A program made the translations under genes and the position numbers. The notes under the pieces were generated by a model. It had not been told where the DNA came from. It was given only the letters and a program-made list of their open reading frames with translations, and made no database searches. Shown here piece by piece: positions 55,335-64,000 of a stretch of DNA of 64,000 bases. Numbering within the stretch: position 1 is the first letter of the stretch; every line of letters begins with the position of its first letter. Source of the DNA: a bacterium (GTDB lineage: Bacteria > Electryoneota > Electryoneia > Electryoneales > Electryoneaceae); NCBI GenBank assembly GCA_963675295.2, contig CAXXKJ010000002.1, positions 2,304,001 to 2,368,000 of the forward strand, written 5' to 3'.

Positions 55335-57824
55335 GTGTCCCTGCGAACGGGTGACGAAAGTTGCCGTCGTGGCAGGGGAGCGCGCGGTCGGAGCAGCAGG
55401 AGGCAGAGTACGCTCGTGGTAGCGTTCCGGTTTACCCCGACAGGGGCCAGGAAGAGAATAACGGCAGCGATCGCGGTATTGAGCGCGTGTTTGCTGGCCG
55501 TTGCGGTAGTTAATGCGGCCCGTCCCGGCGGCACTCCGCGCAAGATCCAGCAGGATGACTACTGGCACTATACCAGTGTCGGCAACCTCGGCATGACGGT
55601 GACGAATTTCGGCATTCTCGGCCAGGGGTATAACAATGCCGACCAGCCGTCCTGCGAGTACAAGTTCCGCAGCACGCTGGATTCACGGAAGGATGAGGTC
55701 GAACACTTCTCGTACGCCGGTATCTGGATCGGTGGTGTGCGTGACAATCAGGACCGTGTTTCGACCGCGATCACCGATGGTGTGTTTGGCTACGAGGATG
55801 GCGGCTGGGAGTTTACCTCGTCGTACACGGATCGCATCAAGGATACCCCGATCTGGCGTCACCTCGCGAAGATTGACCGCCGCTTCGACCTTTCCCGGAT
55901 TGATCAGGGTGAGGTCGAATTTGCGAATACGCTGACGGCTGAAGTGGACAATGGCTGGATCGAATTCGGTTCGACCACATGGGACACGATTGTCACCTCG
56001 AGCTCATTGCGTGAGGTCAGCGAAGACAGCCCGTACGGCCGTCTGTTTGACCCGAACGCAATCAGCCACCAGGATCTCGTCTGCGCCTATACCGATACGA
56101 ACACCATCGTGCCGGGCACCGGCGTCACAATTGAAAACCACATCCCGCTCGGCGTGCATGTCTACCAGGAAGTGTATGCGTGGAACTACGCGTACGCCGA
56201 CGCCTTCGCGATTCTCAACTACACGATTACCAACATCCCCAAGGGCTGGTTCGTCGCAGACCGTGACACGACGATGGAGTATTCGGCGAATGTCATCCGC
56301 GAGTTCTCGGCGGGCGACACGGTGTTCACCGGTTCGGTGATTGAAACGCCGTACTTCGGCATCTGGGTCGATGCGTCCATCGGCAACATGAACTACACCT
56401 CGGCGTATGGTGAAAATACCCCCGGCGGCAACTGGTACTGGTACGACAACCTCAACGATTACGATCCGGAACGCCGGCTTGGATTGCAGTACGACTATGA
56501 CGGCGACGCGGGCTGGGCGCAGAGCTATCTCGGCGTGAAAATGCTCGGCGCTGAAATTGTGCAGGGCGATTCGTTAACCACGGATTGGGACGCGTATTAC
56601 AACCAGTGGACGTGGGGCGGGTCGGCATTCGGCAACACGTGGCCGATGCCGTTCACCGAGTCGGAACGGTTGCAGAAGATGGGTACGCATGGGTCGTACT
56701 CAACGATCCCGAGCGACGAAGACAGCCAGCAGTCGTGGATGATGCTATTGACCAGCGGTCCGTATCCGGATCTCGCGCCTGGTGACCGGTTCAACGTGGC
56801 GATCGCATTGATGGGCGCGCGTTGGAACGGTGGTGGTCCGGACAACGAAGATCGTCGTGAGTACCTCTACACGAATGCGGAATGGGCGCAGATCGCGTAC
56901 AACGGGGAAGACCGGAACGGGAACGGTGTGCTGGATCCTGGCGAGGACAAGGACCTCGACGGCAAGATCACGCGCTTCGTGCTGCCGGAACCGCCTCCGG
57001 CACCAGACCTGGCGGTTGTCGCCGGCGATCATGAAGTGGAACTCTACTGGACCGACACCCCGGAATACACCATCGATCCGATCAGCAACGAACCGGATTT
57101 TGAAGGGTACCGGGTGTACAGCTCGCCGAAGACCGAGGTGCCGGAAGGCGAAATCGAGAACGAGTGGACGTTGCTGGCCGAGTTCGATGTGGACACGACC
57201 GAAACGGACACGAATCTCGTCGGCTTCAACCTTGGCCTTGACGCCATTCGTCTTGAACAGGATACGCTGATCAACGGCATCAGCTACCAGTACAAGTGGG
57301 TGAATTCGAACGTGCGCAACGGCTGGCCGCGTGAGCTGTACTACGCGGTGACTGCGTACGACCGTGGCGACGAAGCGGCGGGTCTATTGTCGTTGGAGTC
57401 GAACCCGAACAACAATGTGGTGTATGCGTTCCCGGGCACGAAACCGGCGGCTTCCGGCGATAACCGGGTTGGTGTGTATCCAAATCCCTATCGCGGACGC
57501 GCGGCCTGGGACGGGTTGACCGAACGTGACCGGCTGATCTGGTTCCGCAACCTGCCCGTAGAATGCAAGGTGACGATCTTCACGCTGGCGGGTGAACGAG
57601 TGGATTCGTTTCGACACAACGCGCGAACCTACGCGGGTAACGACGTGGATCGGATCAATGCCGGCGCGACCGCCGGAGAGATTCGGTCCTTCAGCGGTGG
57701 TGAGCATGCGTGGGATCTGCTGACCGAGGACGATCAGGAAATCGCGACCGGGCTGTACATCTACACGGTCGAGGATCTCAATTCCGGTGATGTGAAGACC
57801 GGCAAATTCCTGGTGATCAAGTGA
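55335..57824 (+). CDS. Secreted T9SS-cargo-like protein with Ca-binding loop and FN3-like domain
   Basis: Signal peptide; VGNLGMTVTNFG...EHFSYAGIWIGG; GEDRNGNGVLDPGED; PPPAPDLAVVAGDHEVELYW; CTD-like VYPNPY...IFTLAGE...GLYIY...GKFLVIK. Start uncertain (55335 or GTG 55416). Confidence 0.8.
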   Translation: MSLRTGDESCRRGRGARGRSSRRQSTLVVAFRFTPTGARKRITAAIAVLSACLLAVAVVNAARPGGTPRKIQQDDYWHYTSVGNLGMTVTNFGILGQGYNNADQPSCEYKFRSTLDSRKDEVEHFSYAGIWIGGVRDNQDRVSTAITDGVFGYEDGGWEFTSSYTDRIKDTPIWRHLAKIDRRFDLSRIDQGEVEFANTLTAEVDNGWIEFGSTTWDTIVTSSSLREVSEDSPYGRLFDPNAISHQDLVCAYTDTNTIVPGTGVTIENHIPLGVHVYQEVYAWNYAYADAFAILNYTITNIPKGWFVADRDTTMEYSANVIREFSAGDTVFTGSVIETPYFGIWVDASIGNMNYTSAYGENTPGGNWYWYDNLNDYDPERRLGLQYDYDGDAGWAQSYLGVKMLGAEIVQGDSLTTDWDAYYNQWTWGGSAFGNTWPMPFTESERLQKMGTHGSYSTIPSDEDSQQSWMMLLTSGPYPDLAPGDRFNVAIALMGARWNGGGPDNEDRREYLYTNAEWAQIAYNGEDRNGNGVLDPGEDKDLDGKITRFVLPEPPPAPDLAVVAGDHEVELYWTDTPEYTIDPISNEPDFEGYRVYSSPKTEVPEGEIENEWTLLAEFDVDTTETDTNLVGFNLGLDAIRLEQDTLINGISYQYKWVNSNVRNGWPRELYYAVTAYDRGDEAAGLLSLESNPNNNVVYAFPGTKPAASGDNRVGVYPNPYRGRAAWDGLTERDRLIWFRNLPVECKVTIFTLAGERVDSFRHNARTYAGNDVDRINAGATAGEIRSFSGGEHAWDLLTEDDQEIATGLYIYTVEDLNSGDVKTGKFLVIK

Positions 57825-59023
57825 TGAACGTGCGCACCTGTATCGTCGTGTTACTGGCGCTGCTGATCGCGGTGCCGCTGGTTGCCGGGACCATCTCGGT
57901 TGATACCGGTTTCTACACCGCTCCGGCGGACGAGACGTTGCCGTTGGTGGACGGCGATCACGCGACGAATGTGATCCTGTTGATCGGTGACGGGATGGGG
58001 TACCGGCAGGTTGAGGCGGCGCAATACACCGCTGTAGGTCCTGAAGGCCGGCTGCACATGCAGACAATGCCGGTGACCGGGATGATGAGCACGTGGTCGG
58101 CGGACCGGTTGATCACCGACTCGGCGGCGTCCGGGACCGCGATTGCAACCGGCTACAAGACGGACAATCGCCGGATCGGCATGCTTCCAGATGGCCAGAA
58201 GCCGGTCAGCATCCTTGAGGCGGCGGAAGCGATGGGGTTATCGACGGGGCTAGTCGCCACGTCCACGATCACACACGCGACTCCGGCGGCATTCGCCGCG
58301 CATCAGCCGTCGAGATACGACCAGTCGGCGATTGCGCTGGACATGGCGAATTCAGGTGTGGATGTTGTGCTCGGATCCGGGACCAAGTACTGGTTGCCTG
58401 CGCCGGATGGCGAACGTGAGGACGGCCTGGACCTGCTGAAGCAGATGCAGCACGACGGGTATACCATCGCGCGTACCGGCGATGAGATGCTGGCGTTGGA
58501 TCGGATGCCGGCGATTGGGCTGTACGGTCCGAACGAACTGTACGAAACGCCGGAAGAACCGTCCATCGCGGAACTGACGCGGCAGGCGATCGAGTTGTTG
58601 GCTCAGGGCGAGGATGGATTCTTCCTGATGGTGGAAGGCAGCCAGATCGACTGGGAAGCGCATGCGAACGAAGAGGATGAACTGGTACGTCGCACCCTGT
58701 TGTTTGACCTTGCGGTGGCGGAGGCGATCGAGTTCGCCAAACGGGATGGTAACACGTTGGTCATTGTGACCGCCGATCATGAGACAGGCGGAATGACGTT
58801 GACCAAGGGTAACCGTGACGGCTCAGAGGTTGTCGCGCAGTTCAGCTCGACCGGCCACACGGCCGGTGTGGTGCCGGTGTTCGCGTACGGGCCGGGCGCG
58901 TTGGCGTTCACCGGCTTGTACGAGAATTCGGACCTGGCAGTGAAGATGTCGCGGGCGCTGCGGATCAAGGATTTCCCGCGGTTGCATCAACAGAGTGATT
59001 TCAACCAGACGCTGGCCGACTAA
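57821..59023 (+). CDS. phoA: Alkaline phosphatase, PhoA family, exported
   Basis: NVILLIGDGMG, TDSAASGTA (catalytic Ser), THATPA, VEGSQIDWEAH, TADHETGG; start overlaps the upstream stop. Confidence 0.95.
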   Translation: MMNVRTCIVVLLALLIAVPLVAGTISVDTGFYTAPADETLPLVDGDHATNVILLIGDGMGYRQVEAAQYTAVGPEGRLHMQTMPVTGMMSTWSADRLITDSAASGTAIATGYKTDNRRIGMLPDGQKPVSILEAAEAMGLSTGLVATSTITHATPAAFAAHQPSRYDQSAIALDMANSGVDVVLGSGTKYWLPAPDGEREDGLDLLKQMQHDGYTIARTGDEMLALDRMPAIGLYGPNELYETPEEPSIAELTRQAIELLAQGEDGFFLMVEGSQIDWEAHANEEDELVRRTLLFDLAVAEAIEFAKRDGNTLVIVTADHETGGMTLTKGNRDGSEVVAQFSSTGHTAGVVPVFAYGPGALAFTGLYENSDLAVKMSRALRIKDFPRLHQQSDFNQTLAD

Positions 59024-59126
59024 GCGGAACGTCTGGTTTTTGGTCCATGTGTTGTAGTTTCGCAAGCACTGAATGGTTGAGATAGAAAAGAAACGCAATT
59101 CGTGCGTTTGCAAAGAGGAGAAGGGT

Positions 59127-61931
59127 ATGATGCGCAGGCTACAGGTTTTACTTCTTGTACTGCTTGTCGCGGTGGTTGGCAGCGTGCAGGCGACAACCAT
59201 TTACGACATCCAGTACGTTCCGAACCCGGGCTCGGATGATGCCAGCCCGTTGCTCGGCCAGACGGTGACGGTGACCGGTCTGGTGACCTTCGAGCCGATG
59301 TCCAGTGGTGGCAACAGTTTCTTCATCGCGGACGATGCCGGCCCGTGGAACGGTGTCAATGTGTACACGGACGATGTGGACTACAATCTCGGTTTTGGCT
59401 GGGAAGTGGAAGTCACGGGTGTGGTCGATGAGTATAATGGCCTGACCGAAATCCTCGCGACCGAGGTGAACGTTCTGGACAACCGTTACGACATGGCCGC
59501 GTTCTGGGAAGACTTCTACGCCAACCCGGCCAGCTACCCGGAATTGCAGTACAGCGTGGTCGATCCCGCGAACCTGATCAACGCCGCGGATGCCGAACAG
59601 TATGAAGGCTGCCTGGTCAAGATTGAAAACGTGAGCGTTGAAACGCTGCCGGGTGATTTTGACGAGTGGAGCGTCAACGACGGCAACGACAACATCGTCG
59701 TGATTGACGACCCGGCCAGCGATGTCTGGGGCTACAAGCACACCGTCGTCGAAGGCAATAGCTACGAACGGATTCAGGGTATCCTGAACTACTCGCATGG
59801 TGAGTACAAGCTGCGTCCGGAAATCGCCTGGGACCTGAAGGTGGACATTGATCAGGCCAACGGTTACTACACCCAGGTCGCGTATTTCCAGCAGGTCCGT
59901 CCGATGGACATGACCGTGCGCGAATTTGGTGGCGAATTCCGTATGTGGGACAACTCGTATGCGGCCAATTCCCGCTATGGTCTGGACGAGAATGAAGGTA
60001 ACCGTGGTGAGGATATCATCATTCACGCCGTGGTTTCCTATCCGACCGACCTCGGCTATGCGGGTTCCACCGGCGCGAAGTTCATCATGACCGACTGGCT
60101 GGTTGGTGACACGCAGGAACCGTGGATGTCGGTACTCAGCTACACCCCGGACCTGAACCAGTTCGGCAACCTGTATGAAGGCGACGAAGTCGTGTTCTAC
60201 GGCCAGGTTGGTGAGTATGAGACTGCACCGTCGAAGATGACGGAAGTCTGGCTGTCTGATCCGTACGAATTCCTCAGCTTCGACAACCCGGTTCCGACTC
60301 CGGCGCTGGTTGACATTGAAGAGCTGCGTAACTCGATGACGGCGGAACAGTGGGGCAATGTGTTCGTCGAGCTGCAGGATGTGATCGATGTTGACAACGA
60401 TATTCCCAGCAACTATGAGTTGTTTGCTGTCGACGATGATCTCGATGACGATTGGCTTCCGGTCAATGTGGATGACGACTCGGCCGAGATGACCGGCTAC
60501 GAAGAGCCGCCAGTCGGTACGAACATCGAATCCATCACCGGTTGGATCTACAACCACTACGGCACGTACGACGAGACGACAACGAACAACTGGGCGTACA
60601 AAATCTGCCCGTCGTATCCGGAAGACATTCTCGTCGGCGAAGGCCCGCCGAACATCCTTAGCGTGACGCGTGACTACGGTGTCGTGCCCCCGGGCGCGCC
60701 GGTTACGATCAACGCGACGATCGCCGACAACTCATCTGTCGAACGCGCCACGGTGTATTACCGTTGGGACAACGGTACGTGGGAAAGTGACGACATGGAC
60801 TTCACCGGCGACATCTACTACGAATTCGAGATGGAAGTTGCGCCGGAAGGTACGTGGGTCGAGTACTACGTCGAAGCGGAAGACGACCTTGGCACCACCA
60901 GCACTTACCCGGGCGACCTCGACCTGCAGTACCTCGGCTACTGGGTGGATGATGACATCTCGATCCAGGACATCCAGTGGACGCCGTGGGCCTCTGGTTC
61001 CAGTCCGTATGAAGACGTTGTGATCGATGAAGTCACCGGTGTGCTTACCACAACGGCGACCAACGCTTTGACGTACGACGAACCGGAAGGCACGTATCCG
61101 TACTTCATGCAGGTTGGTGATAGTCCGGCCTGGAGTGGTATCATCGTCGTGCTGAACGAAGAGTACCAGCAGGGTGATGAGATCACTATTACCGGCGCTA
61201 CGGTCAACGAAATCGGTGTTGACAGCGAAGGCATTGGATGGACATTCAAGTGGGGTAGCTCAACCCGCCTGATCAACCCTGCGCTGGTTACGGTGAACAG
61301 TTCCGGTAACGACTTTGAAGTATACGAGACCGATGTTGCGACGGTGAACGCCGACCTGGAAGCCTGGGAAAGCGTGATGGTTCAGTTCAGTGACATCACG
61401 GTCGGTGGTCGTAACTCCTATGACGTTGACTTCCGTGACGCTTCCGGTGAAGTGTTCCTGATCGACGATGATATGGTGTTGCCGGATGAGCCAGACGATC
61501 CGGGCGTTCCCGCAGCACAGGACTTGTTCGATTCGCTGCAGCCGGCGATGACGAGCACGTCGTTCACCGGTCCGGTGACCTTCAGCTTCGGCACGTGGAA
61601 GATCGAAGTCCGTGACGAGTTCGACTTCGGTACGCTCGGTGTTGGCGAAGGCGTTGTTGAGCAGCCGCTCAGCTTCAACCTCGCGCCGGTGTATCCGAAC
61701 CCGTTCAACCCGAGCACGACGATCAACTTCAGCATCCCGTGGACGGGCAATGTGAAGGTGATTGTGTACAACGCTCTGGGCCAGAAGGTGACGACACTGC
61801 TAAACGAGCAGATGACTCCGGGCCAGCACACGTTGGTGTGGAATGCCCAGAATGTGTCGTCCGGCACGTACTTCCTGCGCCTGCTCTCGAACCGTGAGCA
61901 GAAGGTGCAGAAGATGGTGTTGATGAAGTAA
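59127..61931 (+). CDS. T9SS-secreted protein with three YhcR/ExeM-like OB-fold modules and an Ig-like domain
   Basis: Signal peptide; TIYDIQ...SPLLGQTVTVTGLVT and ISIQDIQ...SPY...TGVLT; ExYEG/ExWGN/ExWES motifs; CTD YPNPFNPST...SGTYFLRL...KMVLMK; SD AGAGGAG. Confidence 0.82.
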   Translation: MMRRLQVLLLVLLVAVVGSVQATTIYDIQYVPNPGSDDASPLLGQTVTVTGLVTFEPMSSGGNSFFIADDAGPWNGVNVYTDDVDYNLGFGWEVEVTGVVDEYNGLTEILATEVNVLDNRYDMAAFWEDFYANPASYPELQYSVVDPANLINAADAEQYEGCLVKIENVSVETLPGDFDEWSVNDGNDNIVVIDDPASDVWGYKHTVVEGNSYERIQGILNYSHGEYKLRPEIAWDLKVDIDQANGYYTQVAYFQQVRPMDMTVREFGGEFRMWDNSYAANSRYGLDENEGNRGEDIIIHAVVSYPTDLGYAGSTGAKFIMTDWLVGDTQEPWMSVLSYTPDLNQFGNLYEGDEVVFYGQVGEYETAPSKMTEVWLSDPYEFLSFDNPVPTPALVDIEELRNSMTAEQWGNVFVELQDVIDVDNDIPSNYELFAVDDDLDDDWLPVNVDDDSAEMTGYEEPPVGTNIESITGWIYNHYGTYDETTTNNWAYKICPSYPEDILVGEGPPNILSVTRDYGVVPPGAPVTINATIADNSSVERATVYYRWDNGTWESDDMDFTGDIYYEFEMEVAPEGTWVEYYVEAEDDLGTTSTYPGDLDLQYLGYWVDDDISIQDIQWTPWASGSSPYEDVVIDEVTGVLTTTATNALTYDEPEGTYPYFMQVGDSPAWSGIIVVLNEEYQQGDEITITGATVNEIGVDSEGIGWTFKWGSSTRLINPALVTVNSSGNDFEVYETDVATVNADLEAWESVMVQFSDITVGGRNSYDVDFRDASGEVFLIDDDMVLPDEPDDPGVPAAQDLFDSLQPAMTSTSFTGPVTFSFGTWKIEVRDEFDFGTLGVGEGVVEQPLSFNLAPVYPNPFNPSTTINFSIPWTGNVKVIVYNALGQKVTTLLNEQMTPGQHTLVWNAQNVSSGTYFLRLLSNREQKVQKMVLMK

Positions 61932-61983
61932 AACGATTTTCGGTGACCGGCTGGATTGATGGTCACCGTTGGATGTAGAGGTC

Positions 61984-62017
61984 CGTGGACATCATTCCGC
62001 TGCGAATGATGTCCACG
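61984..62017 (+). promoter_or_regulatory. Perfect 14-bp intra-operon hairpin without U-tract
   Basis: cgtggacatcattc-cgctgc-gaatgatgtccacg; a second stem cggtgacc...ggtcaccg lies at about 61941-61968. Confidence 0.6.
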
Positions 62018-62108
62018 TGGCCTGTTTGAACTACCGGTCATGGGACCGGACCTGGTCATGTCGCCGTGGCGGGAAGATTCCCGCGCGGACTACAGAGACT
62101 GCACGTAC

Positions 62109-63692
62109 ATGAGATCGAGTCGCAGGGTAGAGCGAGTCCTGATGCTGGCGGCGTTTGCGGCGTTCGTGCTGTTTGGCGGACTGCTGCTCGTCGGCTGCGA
62201 GGACAAGGATCCGTTGGACGCGGACGGCATCGCCGGACCGTCCAAGTCGCCGGTTGAGAATGAGCCGCCGGAAACGCACTTGTCGTTGAACTTCCCACCC
62301 GGTGAACTGCCGGACACCAGCCGCAGCTCGAAAACGCTGAACTGGTGGGGTGAGGATATCGACGGCCGAGTGGTTGGCTATCAGTACCGCTGGGGTCAGG
62401 TGGTTTTTGAGGATACGACCACCATCGCGGACTCCACGCAACTTGAACCGATTGACACGCTGTGGTACAACGGCGATTTCGCGTTTGTCGGTGGTGATGA
62501 TGAAGTGTGGGTCAGCACCTCGTACGAAGAAGTGAAATTCGTGCTTCCGATTCGTACGGTGTCCGCTACGTTCACGATGCAGGTGCGGGCGTTGGACAAC
62601 GACGGAGCGATTGACCCGACACCGGCGGAAATCGCGTTTCCGATCATCAACAGCAAGCCGGAAATCGAGTTTCGTGAAGGATCGAACCCGGGCACGTCCG
62701 ATCCGGACACGACCGTCATTGATTCGGTTTTCACGTTCCCAGTGCGGACGTTTGTCTGGGACGCCAGCGATCCGGACGGCAACGAAAGTATCGACAAGAT
62801 CCTGTACGCGCTCGATCCCGTTCCAGGCGACACGAACTGGCAGGAACTGGCCGGGAATGAATCCAGCGTGACGCTCACCGAGCTGACTCCTGGCGCACAC
62901 TCGATTGCGGTCAAGGTGATTGACGTCGCGGGATTTGAATCGCCGTCCATCATGTATCCTGATCCGGCGAAGAAGGATGTCGATCCGGACTACTGGATCG
63001 TGAAAGCGCCCGCTCCAGGCGGGTTCCTGATCGTGGACGACTACGCGTTGCAGTCGCAGAACGGGACCTTGAACTATTACAAGGCGATCCTCGACAGCAT
63101 CTACAACGACGGCACCGATGGGGAAGACGATGTCTACAGTGTCTGGGAGCTGGAAGAGCTGCCGTACGCGACGACGGATGTCACCCAGTCGTTGCTGATG
63201 TTTGACAAGGTGCTGTGGTATTCCTTCCGTGGGACACCCTTGTTGACAGATGCTTTTGCCTCGATGTACTCGTTCATCAACACCGAGGGGAACCGGTTGT
63301 TGCTGACGACCTCGGTGGTGGATTCCGGCGAAGCGGGTGTGGATGAAGGAATGTTGCTGGACATCGCGGACGGTGTTGAGTTCATTTCCGGCCGCTTTGG
63401 CACATTGTCGGATGATCCGGTTTACATGGACCCGGTCGATGTCCCGAGTTTGCCGCAGCTTTACATCGGTGGACTGATCAACTCCAACACCTGGGGATTG
63501 ATTCCTGCCGCAGGTTCGGAGATCCTCTATCGTCTCGATGAGTCAACGCACGAACCTCCACAGTATGAGGGGACGCCGGTTGTTGGTCTGCGGCGTCAGG
63601 ACAAGTCCTACACCCTGATTACGATTCCATTGGATCTAACCTCCGACCGGCCCAAGGTCGGCGAGTTGATCCGAAACACCTTTGCCGAGTAG
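62109..63692 (+). CDS. Lipoprotein with two Ig/FN3-like domains and a C-terminal alpha/beta domain
   Basis: Lipobox LLVG-C followed by EDKD; NEPPETHL...WWGEDIDG...QVRALDNDGAIDPTPA echoed by WDASDPDG...VKVIDVAG; LIVDDY domain. Confidence 0.8.
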   Translation: MRSSRRVERVLMLAAFAAFVLFGGLLLVGCEDKDPLDADGIAGPSKSPVENEPPETHLSLNFPPGELPDTSRSSKTLNWWGEDIDGRVVGYQYRWGQVVFEDTTTIADSTQLEPIDTLWYNGDFAFVGGDDEVWVSTSYEEVKFVLPIRTVSATFTMQVRALDNDGAIDPTPAEIAFPIINSKPEIEFREGSNPGTSDPDTTVIDSVFTFPVRTFVWDASDPDGNESIDKILYALDPVPGDTNWQELAGNESSVTLTELTPGAHSIAVKVIDVAGFESPSIMYPDPAKKDVDPDYWIVKAPAPGGFLIVDDYALQSQNGTLNYYKAILDSIYNDGTDGEDDVYSVWELEELPYATTDVTQSLLMFDKVLWYSFRGTPLLTDAFASMYSFINTEGNRLLLTTSVVDSGEAGVDEGMLLDIADGVEFISGRFGTLSDDPVYMDPVDVPSLPQLYIGGLINSNTWGLIPAAGSEILYRLDESTHEPPQYEGTPVVGLRRQDKSYTLITIPLDLTSDRPKVGELIRNTFAE

Positions 63693-63696
63693 ACGG

Positions 63697-64000
63697 ATGA
63701 AACGAGCTTTGCAACCTGTGGAACCAACCTCTCGTCCAGTGATGATGCGTCTGCTGTCCGGGTTGCTGTTTCTGCTGCTGGCCGGAACATTCGCCACGGC
63801 AGCGGCGCAGACCGGCAGCATTTTCGGCACGATCACCGATGCGGAAACGGGCGAACCGATCCCGACGGTGAATGTCGTGCTGCAGGGTACGCACAAGGGC
63901 GGCACGACGGACATTGACGGGAATTACATCATCCCGCTGGTCGCACCTGGCGGGTACGACCTGCGCGCATCCTACGTCGGCTACAAGGTGTTCCTGAAGA
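63697..64000 (+). CDS. TonB-dependent receptor, N-terminal carboxypeptidase-regulatory-like domain (partial)
   Basis: Manual translation: signal peptide then AQTGSIFGTITDAETGEPIPTVNVVLQGTHKGGTTDIDGNYII...GYDLRASYVGY; open to the window end. Confidence 0.78.
   Translation, partial: MKRALQPVEPTSRPVMMRLLSGLLFLLLAGTFATAAAQTGSIFGTITDAETGEPIPTVNVVLQGTHKGGTTDIDGNYIIPLVAPGGYDLRASYVGYKVFLK

Overview
This is a GC-rich chromosomal window with no rRNA, tRNA, CRISPR array, integrase or transposase that I can support. A full-length SprA translocon and several secreted proteins with type IX secretion (T9SS) C-terminal sorting domains, combined with clear Shine-Dalgarno use and a PyrR attenuator, suggest a deep-branching FCB lineage outside Bacteroidia (Calditrichota/Electryoneota-like; inference). 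Most genes are housekeeping: queA (partial), ruvB, glmS, metG, ricT/PSP1, holB, envC-like, menG, fumC, purC, secA, pyrRBC and coaE, plus a MacAB-TolC-like set. The best candidate for an undescribed system is the right-end operon (55.3-64 kb, truncated by the window edge). It encodes a T9SS cargo protein, a PhoA alkaline phosphatase, a T9SS-secreted protein of three YhcR/ExeM-type OB-fold modules with no recognisable nuclease domain, a surface lipoprotein and a TonB-dependent receptor. Upstream lie 11-bp-phased (T/A)AACA repeats resembling a Pho box. Together these suggest a locus for scavenging nucleic acid or organic phosphate. Other notable items: eetA/eetB-like genes coupled to menG; a TPR protein with four FliM/CheZ-like motifs; a lipoprotein paralog pair with near-identical 3' ends; a pseudoknot-capable leader before glmS; and many intergenic REP-like hairpins and 7-bp-periodic inverted repeats. 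All protein calls come from motif recognition by eye; no database search was run.
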